IMG/VR virus record: IMGVR_UViG_3300045988_126062
Length of the DNA: 64,000 nt
Source: a virus
Reading direction: 5' to 3' (one strand)
Shown piece after piece: positions 1 to 8,603 of the stretch. The notes under the pieces were generated by a model. That model did no database searches and was not told the origin of the DNA. It saw only the letters and a program-made list of their open reading frames with translations. The first letter of the stretch is position 1. The number at the start of each line of letters is the position of its first letter. Both the position numbers and the translations under genes were made by a program.

Positions 1-205
1 CCAACAAAATTCAATAGATCAGCGTTTTAAAACAGCATTTTGTAGTTTCTACCAACAAAATTCAATAGATAAGCGTTTTAAAACAGTGTTCTGTAGATCA
101 TTTCCACAAAATTCAATATGATAAGGGTTTAAAACAGCATTATATAGGTTCCTTCCAACAGATTAAGAGTTAAGGACTGCATTATGTGAGTATTTTTTTC
201 AATCG
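1..205. repeat. About 3.5 tandem direct repeats of ~52 bp (units at ~1-51, 52-104, 105-156, degenerate 157-200), each containing the perfect palindrome GTTTTAAAAC; iteron/operator-like array that probably continues upstream of the window
   Basis: Read directly: the core CAAAATTCAATAGATNAGCGTTTTAAAACAG recurs three times with a decaying fourth copy. Confidence 0.8.
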
Positions 206-234
206 GAATGTATAACAATTAAAACATAAACAAC

Positions 235-495
235 ATGAACGTATATGACTTTGCGCCTGACTTAGATTTGAGTAAGGAGGTAGAAGGTTCTATTTTCGGG
301 GTAAAAGGAATAGAAGGCAGTGATGGAATAGTATATGCTAAGGTAGTTAGCTGTGTAGACGTTAAGGATTACAGTTGTGATAGGTGTATTTTTTATGATT
401 GTTATAAGGATAAATGTTTATTATCGCGTAGTGATAGTTGTATAGATGGAGATTGGATTTGTAGGTACGAACAGGCTGCCATAGAGGGGGAGTAG
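235..495 (+). CDS. Hypothetical small Cys-rich protein (86 aa)
   Basis: ORF track; 8 Cys in CxxC-like spacing; no recognisable family. Confidence 0.4.
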   Translation: MNVYDFAPDLDLSKEVEGSIFGVKGIEGSDGIVYAKVVSCVDVKDYSCDRCIFYDCYKDKCLLSRSDSCIDGDWICRYEQAAIEGE

Positions 496-688
496 GCGGC
501 GCCTTGGGTTAAGGCCTGCGGTTGTAGGTAGGGCGTAGGTCGGAGCAGAGCCGGAACAGTTTATTGTGGAACGTGAAAAGAACAGATAAAAAAGGAGGAG
601 ATATGAAAAAGATATTTAAGACATTCTCTATTATGCTTGTCAGGTGGTTATATACAACTTTACACCAAAAGCGTAAAATAGTACACAT

Positions 689-1864
689 TTATACGGAAAT
701 CCGTACCGGGTTCCACCAAAACCCTCTACCTTTTGGTAACATCGTTACATCAAAGGATTCTTTTTCTGATTTTCTAATGATGTTAAAAGCACCATTGATA
801 TCAGCATTGATGATCTTACCAAACGAGGTTTTAAACAATCCTCGTTTGATTCTTCTTCCTTTGTAAGATTCATGTTTGCAAATCCGTTCATTATCTAAAA
901 AGCTACATTTTGAAGTATAAGATTCTTCAACGATCTTAACATTGATTCCTTCTAATGTAGCTTTATAAGATATCATTGAGATAAACATATTAAAAGGAAT
1001 AGATACAAAGTTCTGATTATTACGTTTTCCGATATTGATCTCTTGTTTCCAGCATTTGTTATGACCGATTATGATCGTATTAATACCATTGGAAACTACA
1101 TGATTAACCAATATCCTACTTGCCTTATGAAGATAATCTTTGATCTTGTTATTCCTTTTGTTGGTTAATGACCTGATTTGTTTTGAAATTTGTTTGTTAT
1201 CTTTTAATTTAGATTTTAAGAATGCTAATCTTTTATTATAATATTGGTTGATAGACTTCAGTGGTCTACCATTGATGATAAAACAAGAGCCATTGTTTGA
1301 AACACAAGAAGCTAAATTATCTAATCCTATGTCGATACCAAGATAGTTTCCATTGTCAGACATAAGATTCTTTTCCTTCTTGTTGTAAACTATTTCAAGA
1401 ACAATATACCCATTCTTAGGAATGAATCTAAGTTGCTGAATATTTTGTTTATTGGTTCTTGTTGTAAAAGAAAACTGTTTTGGTAACTTAACAACACCTT
1501 GTTTTATCCATTTTTGAGAAAAAGATGCAGTCGTAAAAACAGCAGGAAACAAACCACCTTTGTTAAGATACTTAGGCATTCTTACTTCCTCGGAATACTC
1601 ACCTCTGTTCCTTTTATTTAGAAGATTGAAGAAAGATTTGAAGTTTCTATCAACCATCATCAACACTTGTTGAGCAACTGGTGCTGGTAAAGCACGATAG
1701 TCAACATCATTTTCTGCTCTTAGTTTCTTTTCAAGAGAATAGTAGTTAAGATATTTGTATTTTACAGTATTATCATTCTTGTATTGGAAATAGTGTTGTC
1801 TAACAACATACAATCCTTTGTTGTATAAGTTTTTTACACTTATGCAATAGGTCATAAAGTTCAT
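689..1864 (-). CDS. tnpB: TnpB (IS200/IS605-family OrfB RNA-guided nuclease), 391 aa, apparently intact RuvC triad
   Basis: RuvC-I LGIDIGLDNLA, RuvC-II ESYTSKCS, RuvC-III NADINGAFNI; partial zinc finger (SKCS...CKH, second Cys pair missing); typical TnpB length. Confidence 0.85.
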   Translation of the reverse strand: MNFMTYCISVKNLYNKGLYVVRQHYFQYKNDNTVKYKYLNYYSLEKKLRAENDVDYRALPAPVAQQVLMMVDRNFKSFFNLLNKRNRGEYSEEVRMPKYLNKGGLFPAVFTTASFSQKWIKQGVVKLPKQFSFTTRTNKQNIQQLRFIPKNGYIVLEIVYNKKEKNLMSDNGNYLGIDIGLDNLASCVSNNGSCFIINGRPLKSINQYYNKRLAFLKSKLKDNKQISKQIRSLTNKRNNKIKDYLHKASRILVNHVVSNGINTIIIGHNKCWKQEINIGKRNNQNFVSIPFNMFISMISYKATLEGINVKIVEESYTSKCSFLDNERICKHESYKGRRIKRGLFKTSFGKIINADINGAFNIIRKSEKESFDVTMLPKGRGFWWNPVRISV

Positions 1865-2177
1865 TATAATAAACAGAACTTGGCTTGATTGTATGTTGTT
1901 CGACTAATCTCATGACACAAATGTAGGAATTATTATTTATATATAAAAACAATTTGACATATTTGTGGTGTAAAGTAGTATATAATCACCAATTAGAATA
2001 GTATTTTTGTTAATCTATTTTATTCATCAAATTAAGTTTTGGGTTTTGGTATGTCGGTTCGTGAGGATAGGCATGCCTATTTCTGTATCATATAGGGGGA
2101 TGACGCGGCGTGCCGGCATGTATGTACCGGTCCTGGTTCGATTCTGGGCATCTCACAAACAATAAAACAAAAAAGTT

Positions 2178-2411
2178 ATGAGAATATATAAGAATGATAT
2201 TATAAAGGCGTCAGCAATAAGCACCGGAGCCGACAGAGGCGTGTTGCTGTGTTCAATAACAGATTCAGGCTTTACGTCTATAGCGGGCGTAATATCGGCT
2301 GTTAAGGATAGGTTACCAAACGAAGATCACAAGAAGATGGTTTTTGAAATCTTGAATGATACGAAAAAAGAGTACGGAAGATATAATAATTGCGGAACAA
2401 AAGTATTGTAA
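2178..2411 (+). CDS. Hypothetical protein (77 aa)
   Basis: ORF track only. Confidence 0.35.
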   Translation: MRIYKNDIIKASAISTGADRGVLLCSITDSGFTSIAGVISAVKDRLPNEDHKKMVFEILNDTKKEYGRYNNCGTKVL

Positions 2412-2465
2412 TAAAGAGTAGAAAACAATATGTTTATGTAATATTAGTTTTTTCATTTTTATTGA

Positions 2466-2510
2466 AAGGAGCGCCGGCCTGTGAAGGTATGCGCTCTTTG
2501 TATTTGTATA
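2466..2510 (+). terminator. Hairpin (AAGGAGCGC / GCGCTCTTT, 16-nt loop) followed by a T-rich stretch; putative terminator
   Basis: Inverted repeat read in sequence, downstream of ORF 2178..2411. Confidence 0.4.
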
Positions 2511-2530
2511 ATGCATAAAACAATAATAAT

Positions 2531-2785
2531 ATGACAGATAATAACATAGATGTGAATATCGTACCTGTAAAGAATGGTGCGAAACGTGTTGTGGTATCAT
2601 ATTACCATTATTCGCGCAAGGACAAAAATCACATGAGTTCCCAAACGGATTACGTGTGGGAAACAAAGAATGAAGAAATGTTTAAATACTTTGAGGCCAG
2701 GAGGACAAAAGTATTTTATAGTCAGATTCGTGCCATGTGTAGATTCTATGGCAAGAAAAATGTACGTAAATACAAAAAGTTATGA
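2531..2785 (+). CDS. Hypothetical protein (84 aa)
   Basis: ORF track. Confidence 0.4.
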   Translation: MTDNNIDVNIVPVKNGAKRVVVSYYHYSRKDKNHMSSQTDYVWETKNEEMFKYFEARRTKVFYSQIRAMCRFYGKKNVRKYKKL

Positions 2786-3591
2786 TATTAAAAACGACAA
2801 CCAACGAGTTTTGTTTCATTAACGTAAGTTTCTATGAAACAATAGCAGATCCTCGCTATTTCTTTGAACAAGATTATGAAGAGATGCCAGAATATGAGGA
2901 TGAATTAGATTTTGATTTTGATTCTTATTGCAATAAGTTTATTCCTTTTGTACAGGAATGGGCGAATAAGGTGGGCGAACGCCTTTATGAATATGGTGTG
3001 AATAACATAAAGGTAATATCGGTCGGACATCCAAAAGATCACAATTATGGTACTGATTGGATGGATGTAAGGGTAGAGTTTTGTGATGAATGGAGGCAAA
3101 AGATGTTATCTAACATTGGTAAGATTGCCAATGATGATAAATGCAAGAAGTATGCGGAGGCTAATTACCGGTCGGTATCAGGATACATCTTTTTAGGGCC
3201 TGAAGATTTAAAGGAATTTGAAAAGGAAATAATAGAAAGAAAGTCAGATTCGGAATATGATGTAACAATATTATTAAATATGTATCTAACTTTGGCTTTT
3301 GTAAAAGAATTTGGATTTAAAGCCGGAGAAGCATGGAGTGAAATAACAGAATATGCTTACGGATGTTTATCGTATTCCGATTTTGCAACAACAGAGATGC
3401 TTATACCGGAAGGTTCGGAGCATTTATTCAAAGACATTTACACGGCAAAGGCCGACGAATTATATCATCATGTCCTGGATAAATTCGGATGGGCGTGGCG
3501 TGATCCGAAATATAAGTCAGAAACAGAATTATGCGCGATGCTAAAGTGGGCAAAAGAAAAAGGCTTGACCATTGAAGAGTTAAGTATTTAA
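2782..3591 (+). CDS. Hypothetical protein (269 aa)
   Basis: ORF track; ATGA start/stop overlap with the upstream ORF. Confidence 0.5.
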   Translation: MILKTTTNEFCFINVSFYETIADPRYFFEQDYEEMPEYEDELDFDFDSYCNKFIPFVQEWANKVGERLYEYGVNNIKVISVGHPKDHNYGTDWMDVRVEFCDEWRQKMLSNIGKIANDDKCKKYAEANYRSVSGYIFLGPEDLKEFEKEIIERKSDSEYDVTILLNMYLTLAFVKEFGFKAGEAWSEITEYAYGCLSYSDFATTEMLIPEGSEHLFKDIYTAKADELYHHVLDKFGWAWRDPKYKSETELCAMLKWAKEKGLTIEELSI

Positions 3592-3618
3592 TTGTTAAAC
3601 ATAAGGCAGTAGTGGTGC

Positions 3619-3903
3619 GTGAGTATAGGTGCTGCCGTTAAAATATTTTATAAGATGAAAAAAGAAGAGATTCAAACTATTTTATACACAATCAAAGAAG
3701 GAGACAGTATTAAAATCAAAGTACAAGACAAAAGTGAAGAGATAAGACTGCGGGATCATGTAAGAAGAGTACAGAAATACGGATACAGGTTTTGTTTGTC
3801 TCATTTACATGATGGAATTTTCTATCTGGAGAAGTTGAAAGAAGGGGATAAGGATAAATACTATAGAGTAATAAACAGAGGAAATGGAAAGACCGGAGTA
3901 TAA
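3619..3903 (+). CDS. Hypothetical protein (94 aa)
   Basis: ORF track. Confidence 0.4.
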   Translation: MSIGAAVKIFYKMKKEEIQTILYTIKEGDSIKIKVQDKSEEIRLRDHVRRVQKYGYRFCLSHLHDGIFYLEKLKEGDKDKYYRVINRGNGKTGV

Positions 3904-4177
3904 TAAGCTACGCAAAATGGCTAAGACTACTCCAGGTCTGATAGTGGACGAGGTGCAAAACATGATGCGTGTATCGCTATACGATAATGGGGAACTTAAG
4001 AAGGTGGTAGTAGTAATGAAATGCGATTCTTTTTTACAGTCAAAAAGTAACATAGAAAAGATAATGTTATTATCATCTTCTATAGAAGATAGAAAAAACA
4101 AAGAAAAAAATAAAACAAAATCAGAAAATGAACAGAATAACAAAAATAAGAGAAGAAATAGGAGGAAAACAGGTTGA
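3884..4177 (+). CDS. Hypothetical protein with K/N/R-rich basic C-terminal tail (97 aa)
   Basis: ORF track; low-complexity basic tail. Confidence 0.3.
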   Translation: MERPEYNKLRKMAKTTPGLIVDEVQNMMRVSLYDNGELKKVVVVMKCDSFLQSKSNIEKIMLLSSSIEDRKNKEKNKTKSENEQNNKNKRRNRRKTG

Positions 4178-4511
4178 TTTGACCTTTTACGGGCGCTTTT
4201 GCAGCCTTATCGAAGGTGATAGGAAGATAATACTAAGGGCAATAAAAAACGGTCGTAAAAAAGGCGTAATCGGAGCCATTCAGCCTGGGAGACATGATAG
4301 AATTTGGACCACATGGTCTATTGCTTTTGATGATTTGAAGGTAGGGGATACGGTAGAGTTCAGTACATCTGGAAAATACAATCCCAGATTTCATGCTACG
4401 GAAAAGTATGTAGGGTGTGTAGAATGGATAAAAGGGTCGGAATGTGCGATAAAAACCGGTAAGGGAATAGCAGTAGTATTAATTAAACACGTGGAAAGGG
4501 TGATAAAATGA
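4128..4511 (+). CDS. Hypothetical protein (127 aa)
   Basis: ORF track. Confidence 0.45.
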   Translation: MNRITKIREEIGGKQVDLTFYGRFCSLIEGDRKIILRAIKNGRKKGVIGAIQPGRHDRIWTTWSIAFDDLKVGDTVEFSTSGKYNPRFHATEKYVGCVEWIKGSECAIKTGKGIAVVLIKHVERVIK

Positions 4512-4792
4512 TGGATTTAAGAATGTTTATAGACCTATTTCAGGAGATTGAGGTAGAGAACTTGTTTAAAGCGTTAGATTTATGTATGGAATATGCAAGA
4601 TTAGATTTACATGTGTTTAATATAGGAGCTCATGTAACATGTTCATACAGTAATGATCTTGAATCGCTTTCACAGGCAGAAGGTTGTAATGTGAATATGA
4701 TAATAGAGGTGCCTCGCTTATTCGAAGCGTTCATGGAATACGCTTCACCGGAAATGAAGTTGTATTATGAAAAACTAACAGAGACAGTATAA
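4508..4792 (+). CDS. Hypothetical protein (94 aa)
   Basis: ORF track; 4-nt overlap with the upstream gene. Confidence 0.45.
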   Translation: MMDLRMFIDLFQEIEVENLFKALDLCMEYARLDLHVFNIGAHVTCSYSNDLESLSQAEGCNVNMIIEVPRLFEAFMEYASPEMKLYYEKLTETV

Positions 4793-4793
4793 T

Positions 4794-5267
4794 ATGAAAG
4801 AGGAAGTAGAACGGATAAAGAGGTTGGTTGGCATAGATCATAATAGATGGGAGCAGCCTTGTACATGTGATAAATGCAAGAACATGTGTAAGGTTTCTTG
4901 TATTGGTACACCAAAGGACATGGAAGCTATCATAGATGCAGGATATGCTGACAGGCTAAAAGAGACAATGTGGATGGTGGGGTATCTTGCAGTGAAAGAA
5001 AAACCAATAGCGATGATCCAACCAACAGAGAAAGACGGGTGGTGCGTGTTCCGCCGGCCAGACGGTCTCTGCGAGCTGCATGACCGTGGACTAAAGCCGA
5101 CTGAAGGAGTTCTGGCTTCTTGTAAGGTGGTTGAAGAAGACAATGTCCCAACATATGAAACGTCTGTACTTAGAGCAGTAGCTCATGAGTGGGTTAAGGT
5201 AGAGAACTTCGCAACTATAATGAGGGTCGTTTTTAAATTTTTGCATGAAAATGAACGTAGAAAATAA
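4794..5267 (+). CDS. Hypothetical Cys-rich protein (157 aa)
   Basis: ORF track; CTCDKCKNMCKVSC cluster. Confidence 0.5.
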   Translation: MKEEVERIKRLVGIDHNRWEQPCTCDKCKNMCKVSCIGTPKDMEAIIDAGYADRLKETMWMVGYLAVKEKPIAMIQPTEKDGWCVFRRPDGLCELHDRGLKPTEGVLASCKVVEEDNVPTYETSVLRAVAHEWVKVENFATIMRVVFKFLHENERRK

Positions 5268-5655
5268 ATTAGATAAAGTGGTTAATATCCTAAAAGAAAA
5301 AGGATTTGTAGTATATAGAAAGGGCGGGAAGGAGCCAGGTGTGTTTTACGCTAAAGAAGGTGACAGCCGGATAGGATTCGTTTATCCCAACAACGGATAT
5401 ATATATGATAGAATAAAAATGTGGTCTTTTTCAAGGATATATAAACCACATAAGAAAACCGGGTCTTCGTGTTTAATGAGCGTCAGCGACGAATTTACGA
5501 TAGAGAATGCGATTAAGAACATAGAGGATAGACTGTGGGTGAATTATATAAAAGATGGTAACAGAAAACGACCAGAAGAATATAAAAATATAAGAGAATT
5601 TGTTGGTAGCTTCACTAAATTCTACAACTCTGTAGAATTAGTTGAGGTTAAGTAG
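5245..5655 (+). CDS. Hypothetical protein (136 aa)
   Basis: ORF track. Confidence 0.5.
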   Translation: MKMNVENKLDKVVNILKEKGFVVYRKGGKEPGVFYAKEGDSRIGFVYPNNGYIYDRIKMWSFSRIYKPHKKTGSSCLMSVSDEFTIENAIKNIEDRLWVNYIKDGNRKRPEEYKNIREFVGSFTKFYNSVELVEVK

Positions 5656-5676
5656 TTTTCCATGCGAGTTAGTTGC

Positions 5677-5712
5677 CGGCACTGGTCTGTGAAGATAGGT
5701 GCCGTTTTTTTT
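5677..5712 (+). terminator. Rho-independent terminator: stem CGGCAC/GTGCCG, 16-nt loop, then T8
   Basis: Read in sequence, right after the stop of ORF 5245..5655. Confidence 0.55.
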
Positions 5713-5733
5713 ATTCAAGAAAGGAGGACAAAG

Positions 5734-5985
5734 ATGGGAAAAAGAGACAAGGAGATACCTTATGAGGTAGTCATACAGGAAAGAAAAAGAGTGGATTTAT
5801 ACGGTAACGTAGTGTATTATATCTATTGGTTTGATAAATATGGGTACAATATCACAAACGAATGGAAATTTTGGAGCAAGGGTCCGAAAAAGAAATACGA
5901 TAGAGTCAATTGTTATCTAACAGATAGTTGGTTGAAGGAATACTGTAAGAATAACAATTTAAAGATAAGTAGAATAAAGGAATGA
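5734..5985 (+). CDS. Hypothetical protein; start trimmed to the ATG (MGKRDKE...) downstream of the terminator and an AAGGAGGA Shine-Dalgarno-like sequence
   Basis: The ORF-track call at 5662 runs through the terminator hairpin; an internal ATG with an SD-like sequence is more plausible. Confidence 0.45.
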   Translation: MGKRDKEIPYEVVIQERKRVDLYGNVVYYIYWFDKYGYNITNEWKFWSKGPKKKYDRVNCYLTDSWLKEYCKNNNLKISRIKE

Positions 5986-6497
5986 AAAAGATAAAAGTAG
6001 ACAAAGTGATATTATATTACATGGATCGGGTAGACCCTGACGGGAACCTATACCGGTTCTATGTATATAAAGACATGGCATCTGAAATAGAATACTTTTG
6101 CACGGAAGAGACAGGTAATATGACTATACCAATCGGAGAAGGAAAGTATATTGAAATCGTGCCAAGGGAAATAGTGAAAATACCGGTAAGGGGATATAGG
6201 AAGCTTACTGGAATATGGAATCGTGAAACATGTAACGGGAAGGGATGGTATAGGCTTTTTAATTATTTCAAATACAAGCCGACCCTATGTTATTTTAAAA
6301 AAGCTGGACATGATGAAAATGGGAACACAAGATACGAAATATCATTATTTAATAGCATTATAAATGTGACAAGATATTTTAATCTGTGGAGAATGAAGCC
6401 AGGAAAGTATGTTATGGTAACAAACGAGTGTGGAGCCTTGGATGTTATAAAAGAAAAATTTGACAACATAAATATAGTGGAATATGGATCTGAATGA
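5982..6497 (+). CDS. Hypothetical protein (171 aa)
   Basis: ORF track; overlap coupling. Confidence 0.5.
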   Translation: MKKIKVDKVILYYMDRVDPDGNLYRFYVYKDMASEIEYFCTEETGNMTIPIGEGKYIEIVPREIVKIPVRGYRKLTGIWNRETCNGKGWYRLFNYFKYKPTLCYFKKAGHDENGNTRYEISLFNSIINVTRYFNLWRMKPGKYVMVTNECGALDVIKEKFDNINIVEYGSE

Positions 6498-6843
6498 ATT
6501 GTACAAAGAAATAGAAAAAGCAGAGATTGATCTGAATGCAAAAAGATTAAAGTACATCAAAGAGGCATTAGTGGAGAACGGTGGAAGTATAAAGCTAAAA
6601 TTTAAAAAATGGGGAGAAGATAATAATGCGTTTGACTTTGATGATCAGTTTCCGGTGATAATAGAAATTGCTGGGATTCCTATGTTTTTAACGGAGGTGT
6701 ATGTCAAAAAAAACGGTTTTCGTATGGTTCTGCTGGATTATGATGATATGACTTTAGGTGATTTTGATAATACAGGGGAAAATGAACAGGTTGCTTATTT
6801 TATTAACTATTGTTTAAATCAAGACAAAGATGGGAAAGAGTAG
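6484..6843 (+). CDS. Hypothetical protein (119 aa)
   Basis: ORF track. Confidence 0.5.
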   Translation: MDLNELYKEIEKAEIDLNAKRLKYIKEALVENGGSIKLKFKKWGEDNNAFDFDDQFPVIIEIAGIPMFLTEVYVKKNGFRMVLLDYDDMTLGDFDNTGENEQVAYFINYCLNQDKDGKE

Positions 6844-7018
6844 AAAAGATTATGAGAAGTTTCTTAACTCAATATCTCCAGATAGAGACGATGAGGCATG
6901 GATCATTGGAGGAAAGAACAGGTATTGCGGTAGAGAGAATTATGGCACTATGATCAAAAGGTATGATCCTATTGGTTTTAATGTAGGGTACAGAGAGTGG
7001 GCAGAACAGCCAGAGTAA
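6830..7018 (+). CDS. Hypothetical protein (62 aa)
   Basis: ORF track. Confidence 0.35.
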   Translation: MGKSRKDYEKFLNSISPDRDDEAWIIGGKNRYCGRENYGTMIKRYDPIGFNVGYREWAEQPE

Positions 7019-7111
7019 GGTGGCGCCTGCCCTGCCATGAGGTCGGCCTGGCTGTCTGTGGTCAGGTCCGTACATTAGTCAGATAGTGAACGACGAAAAC
7101 AATACAAATGT

Positions 7112-7591
7112 TTGTTAATTATGAGAGTAGAAGATTTAACGAAGTTTGAAGGAGAATGTCCTAACATAGTCATATTTGGTACATATATGGATATTAGGGT
7201 TCCATTAACGAAGAAATGGAAGAAAATTATTAACGAGAGAGGAGATAAGCCAAACACGTATCATAACTGTTTGATTAGTTATATCTCAGAGCAGATAGCG
7301 TTGTCCGGATTCAACATGAAAAGCATTGGGAACTTGTTAATAAAGGGAATAGTTTTCAATCAAAACGATTACTATAAGTATAACGACGTAGGAGGATTCC
7401 CGGCGACTATCAACAATTTGGGATATTGGGATAAAAACAGGGTAGAGCTAAATGAAGATTTTCACACTGTTAGGCTATTTAATACAGTAAGTGTATATGG
7501 ATTGATGTTTGGACCCATAAAACAAAATAATTTCATTACGCTGGAAAACGATATAATGCAGATTAATGTTGGCAGCATAACTTACATCTAA
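7112..7591 (+). CDS. Hypothetical protein (159 aa)
   Basis: ORF track. Confidence 0.5.
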   Translation: MLIMRVEDLTKFEGECPNIVIFGTYMDIRVPLTKKWKKIINERGDKPNTYHNCLISYISEQIALSGFNMKSIGNLLIKGIVFNQNDYYKYNDVGGFPATINNLGYWDKNRVELNEDFHTVRLFNTVSVYGLMFGPIKQNNFITLENDIMQINVGSITYI

Positions 7592-7605
7592 AGAGATAAA
7601 TTAAC

Positions 7606-8211
7606 ATGAAAACGAAGATAGAAAACCTAAGTTTTATAGTCCTGATATCTTTCCAGTTTGGTATAGGAACAGATAAGACATATTCATCCGAAGCTATATC
7701 AGATTTGAAAAAGGGTAAATACTTCATAGATAAATGTTCAAGTAGAGACGTAATACCTTTAGAAGAAAGTGATAATGGGTGCGTAGAACATAATTATGTA
7801 GGGCGTATAAATTTAGAAGGACTAAATAAACTGTTATGGAATTGGATTTATCCAGACAGCATAACCAATACAGGTGGAAGTCTGACTCTTCAGTATGGAT
7901 TATGCGAAGCTATCATGTTTGAAGGAACAATAAAACAAAAACATGACGTAGATACGAGGCTTGCCATACATAAGATGAACAAAGCTATAACAGGGAAGAG
8001 TGATACGTATCCGTTGCCATACAGATGTCAGATAGCAGAAGGAATGGCGGGGTATTGCACATATAGAGTATGTGTGACTCCTGTAGAGAAAAAGGATGAA
8101 GAATATGAATTATGTGAAGAGGTTTTTGATTTCTTTGAATCAATACAAAAACACCCATGTTGTGATTGGGAACAAGATTTTGAAGAGTTCTTTTACAACG
8201 ATAATGATTAG
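7606..8211 (+). CDS. Hypothetical Cys-rich protein with hydrophobic N-terminus (201 aa)
   Basis: ORF track; N-terminal hydrophobic stretch LSFIVLISFQFGIG. Confidence 0.5.
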   Translation: MKTKIENLSFIVLISFQFGIGTDKTYSSEAISDLKKGKYFIDKCSSRDVIPLEESDNGCVEHNYVGRINLEGLNKLLWNWIYPDSITNTGGSLTLQYGLCEAIMFEGTIKQKHDVDTRLAIHKMNKAITGKSDTYPLPYRCQIAEGMAGYCTYRVCVTPVEKKDEEYELCEEVFDFFESIQKHPCCDWEQDFEEFFYNDND

Positions 8212-8214
8212 GAT

Positions 8215-8529
8215 ATGACATTCAAAGAATTTATGAAAGAAATAGGCTATGACCAGATGACTACCTTTTGGGATGATTTCAGCATAGCCGACAAGTATGG
8301 TATAGCAGGTGTCAAAGATACCTACAAACGTGCGTTCAGCGAATGGAAAGACGATTATAAGTTCTTTACAGAATTGACGCTGGTATTGAATCATAAAATC
8401 TGGCAGAATTATGAAAGCAATCGTGAACTGGCTGCATTGTATGACCGGTTATGGCGAGAAGCTGACGAGTATGCCATGAACAACTTTAAGGGAGAAGAGC
8501 TCGATTATTATTACAGAGTAACAGATTAG
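8215..8529 (+). CDS. Hypothetical protein (104 aa)
   Basis: ORF track. Confidence 0.5.
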   Translation: MTFKEFMKEIGYDQMTTFWDDFSIADKYGIAGVKDTYKRAFSEWKDDYKFFTELTLVLNHKIWQNYESNRELAALYDRLWREADEYAMNNFKGEELDYYYRVTD

Positions 8530-8603
8530 AAAGTGATTATGAAAAATACGAAAAGAGAATGTCATATGATAAAGGTAAGTTAAACAATTAAAAAGATATT
8601 TAT

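Noticed and set aside
1-205. CRISPR array
   Set aside because: The repeats are ~52 bp, directly abutting with no unique spacers and progressively degenerate. This fits iterons/operators, not a CRISPR array. No cas genes are present other than a Cas4-like nuclease typical of phages.
564-866. ORF 564..866 (+) and other ORFs antisense to tnpB and to the giant genes (e.g. 40564..45055, 56075..61562)
   Set aside because: They are fully embedded antisense to strongly supported long genes, have low-complexity or hydrophobic composition, and several arise from GC-rich patches; treated as spurious.
2040-2160. tRNA-like element: GGTTCGATTC T-loop with flanking GC-rich hairpins, upstream of tnpB
   Set aside because: A T-arm can be drawn (with two G-U pairs), but no acceptor stem complementary to the 3' strand CATCTCA exists within 100 nt upstream, and no cloverleaf folds. 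It may be a tRNA fragment, IS left-end structure or other structured RNA; not called as tRNA.
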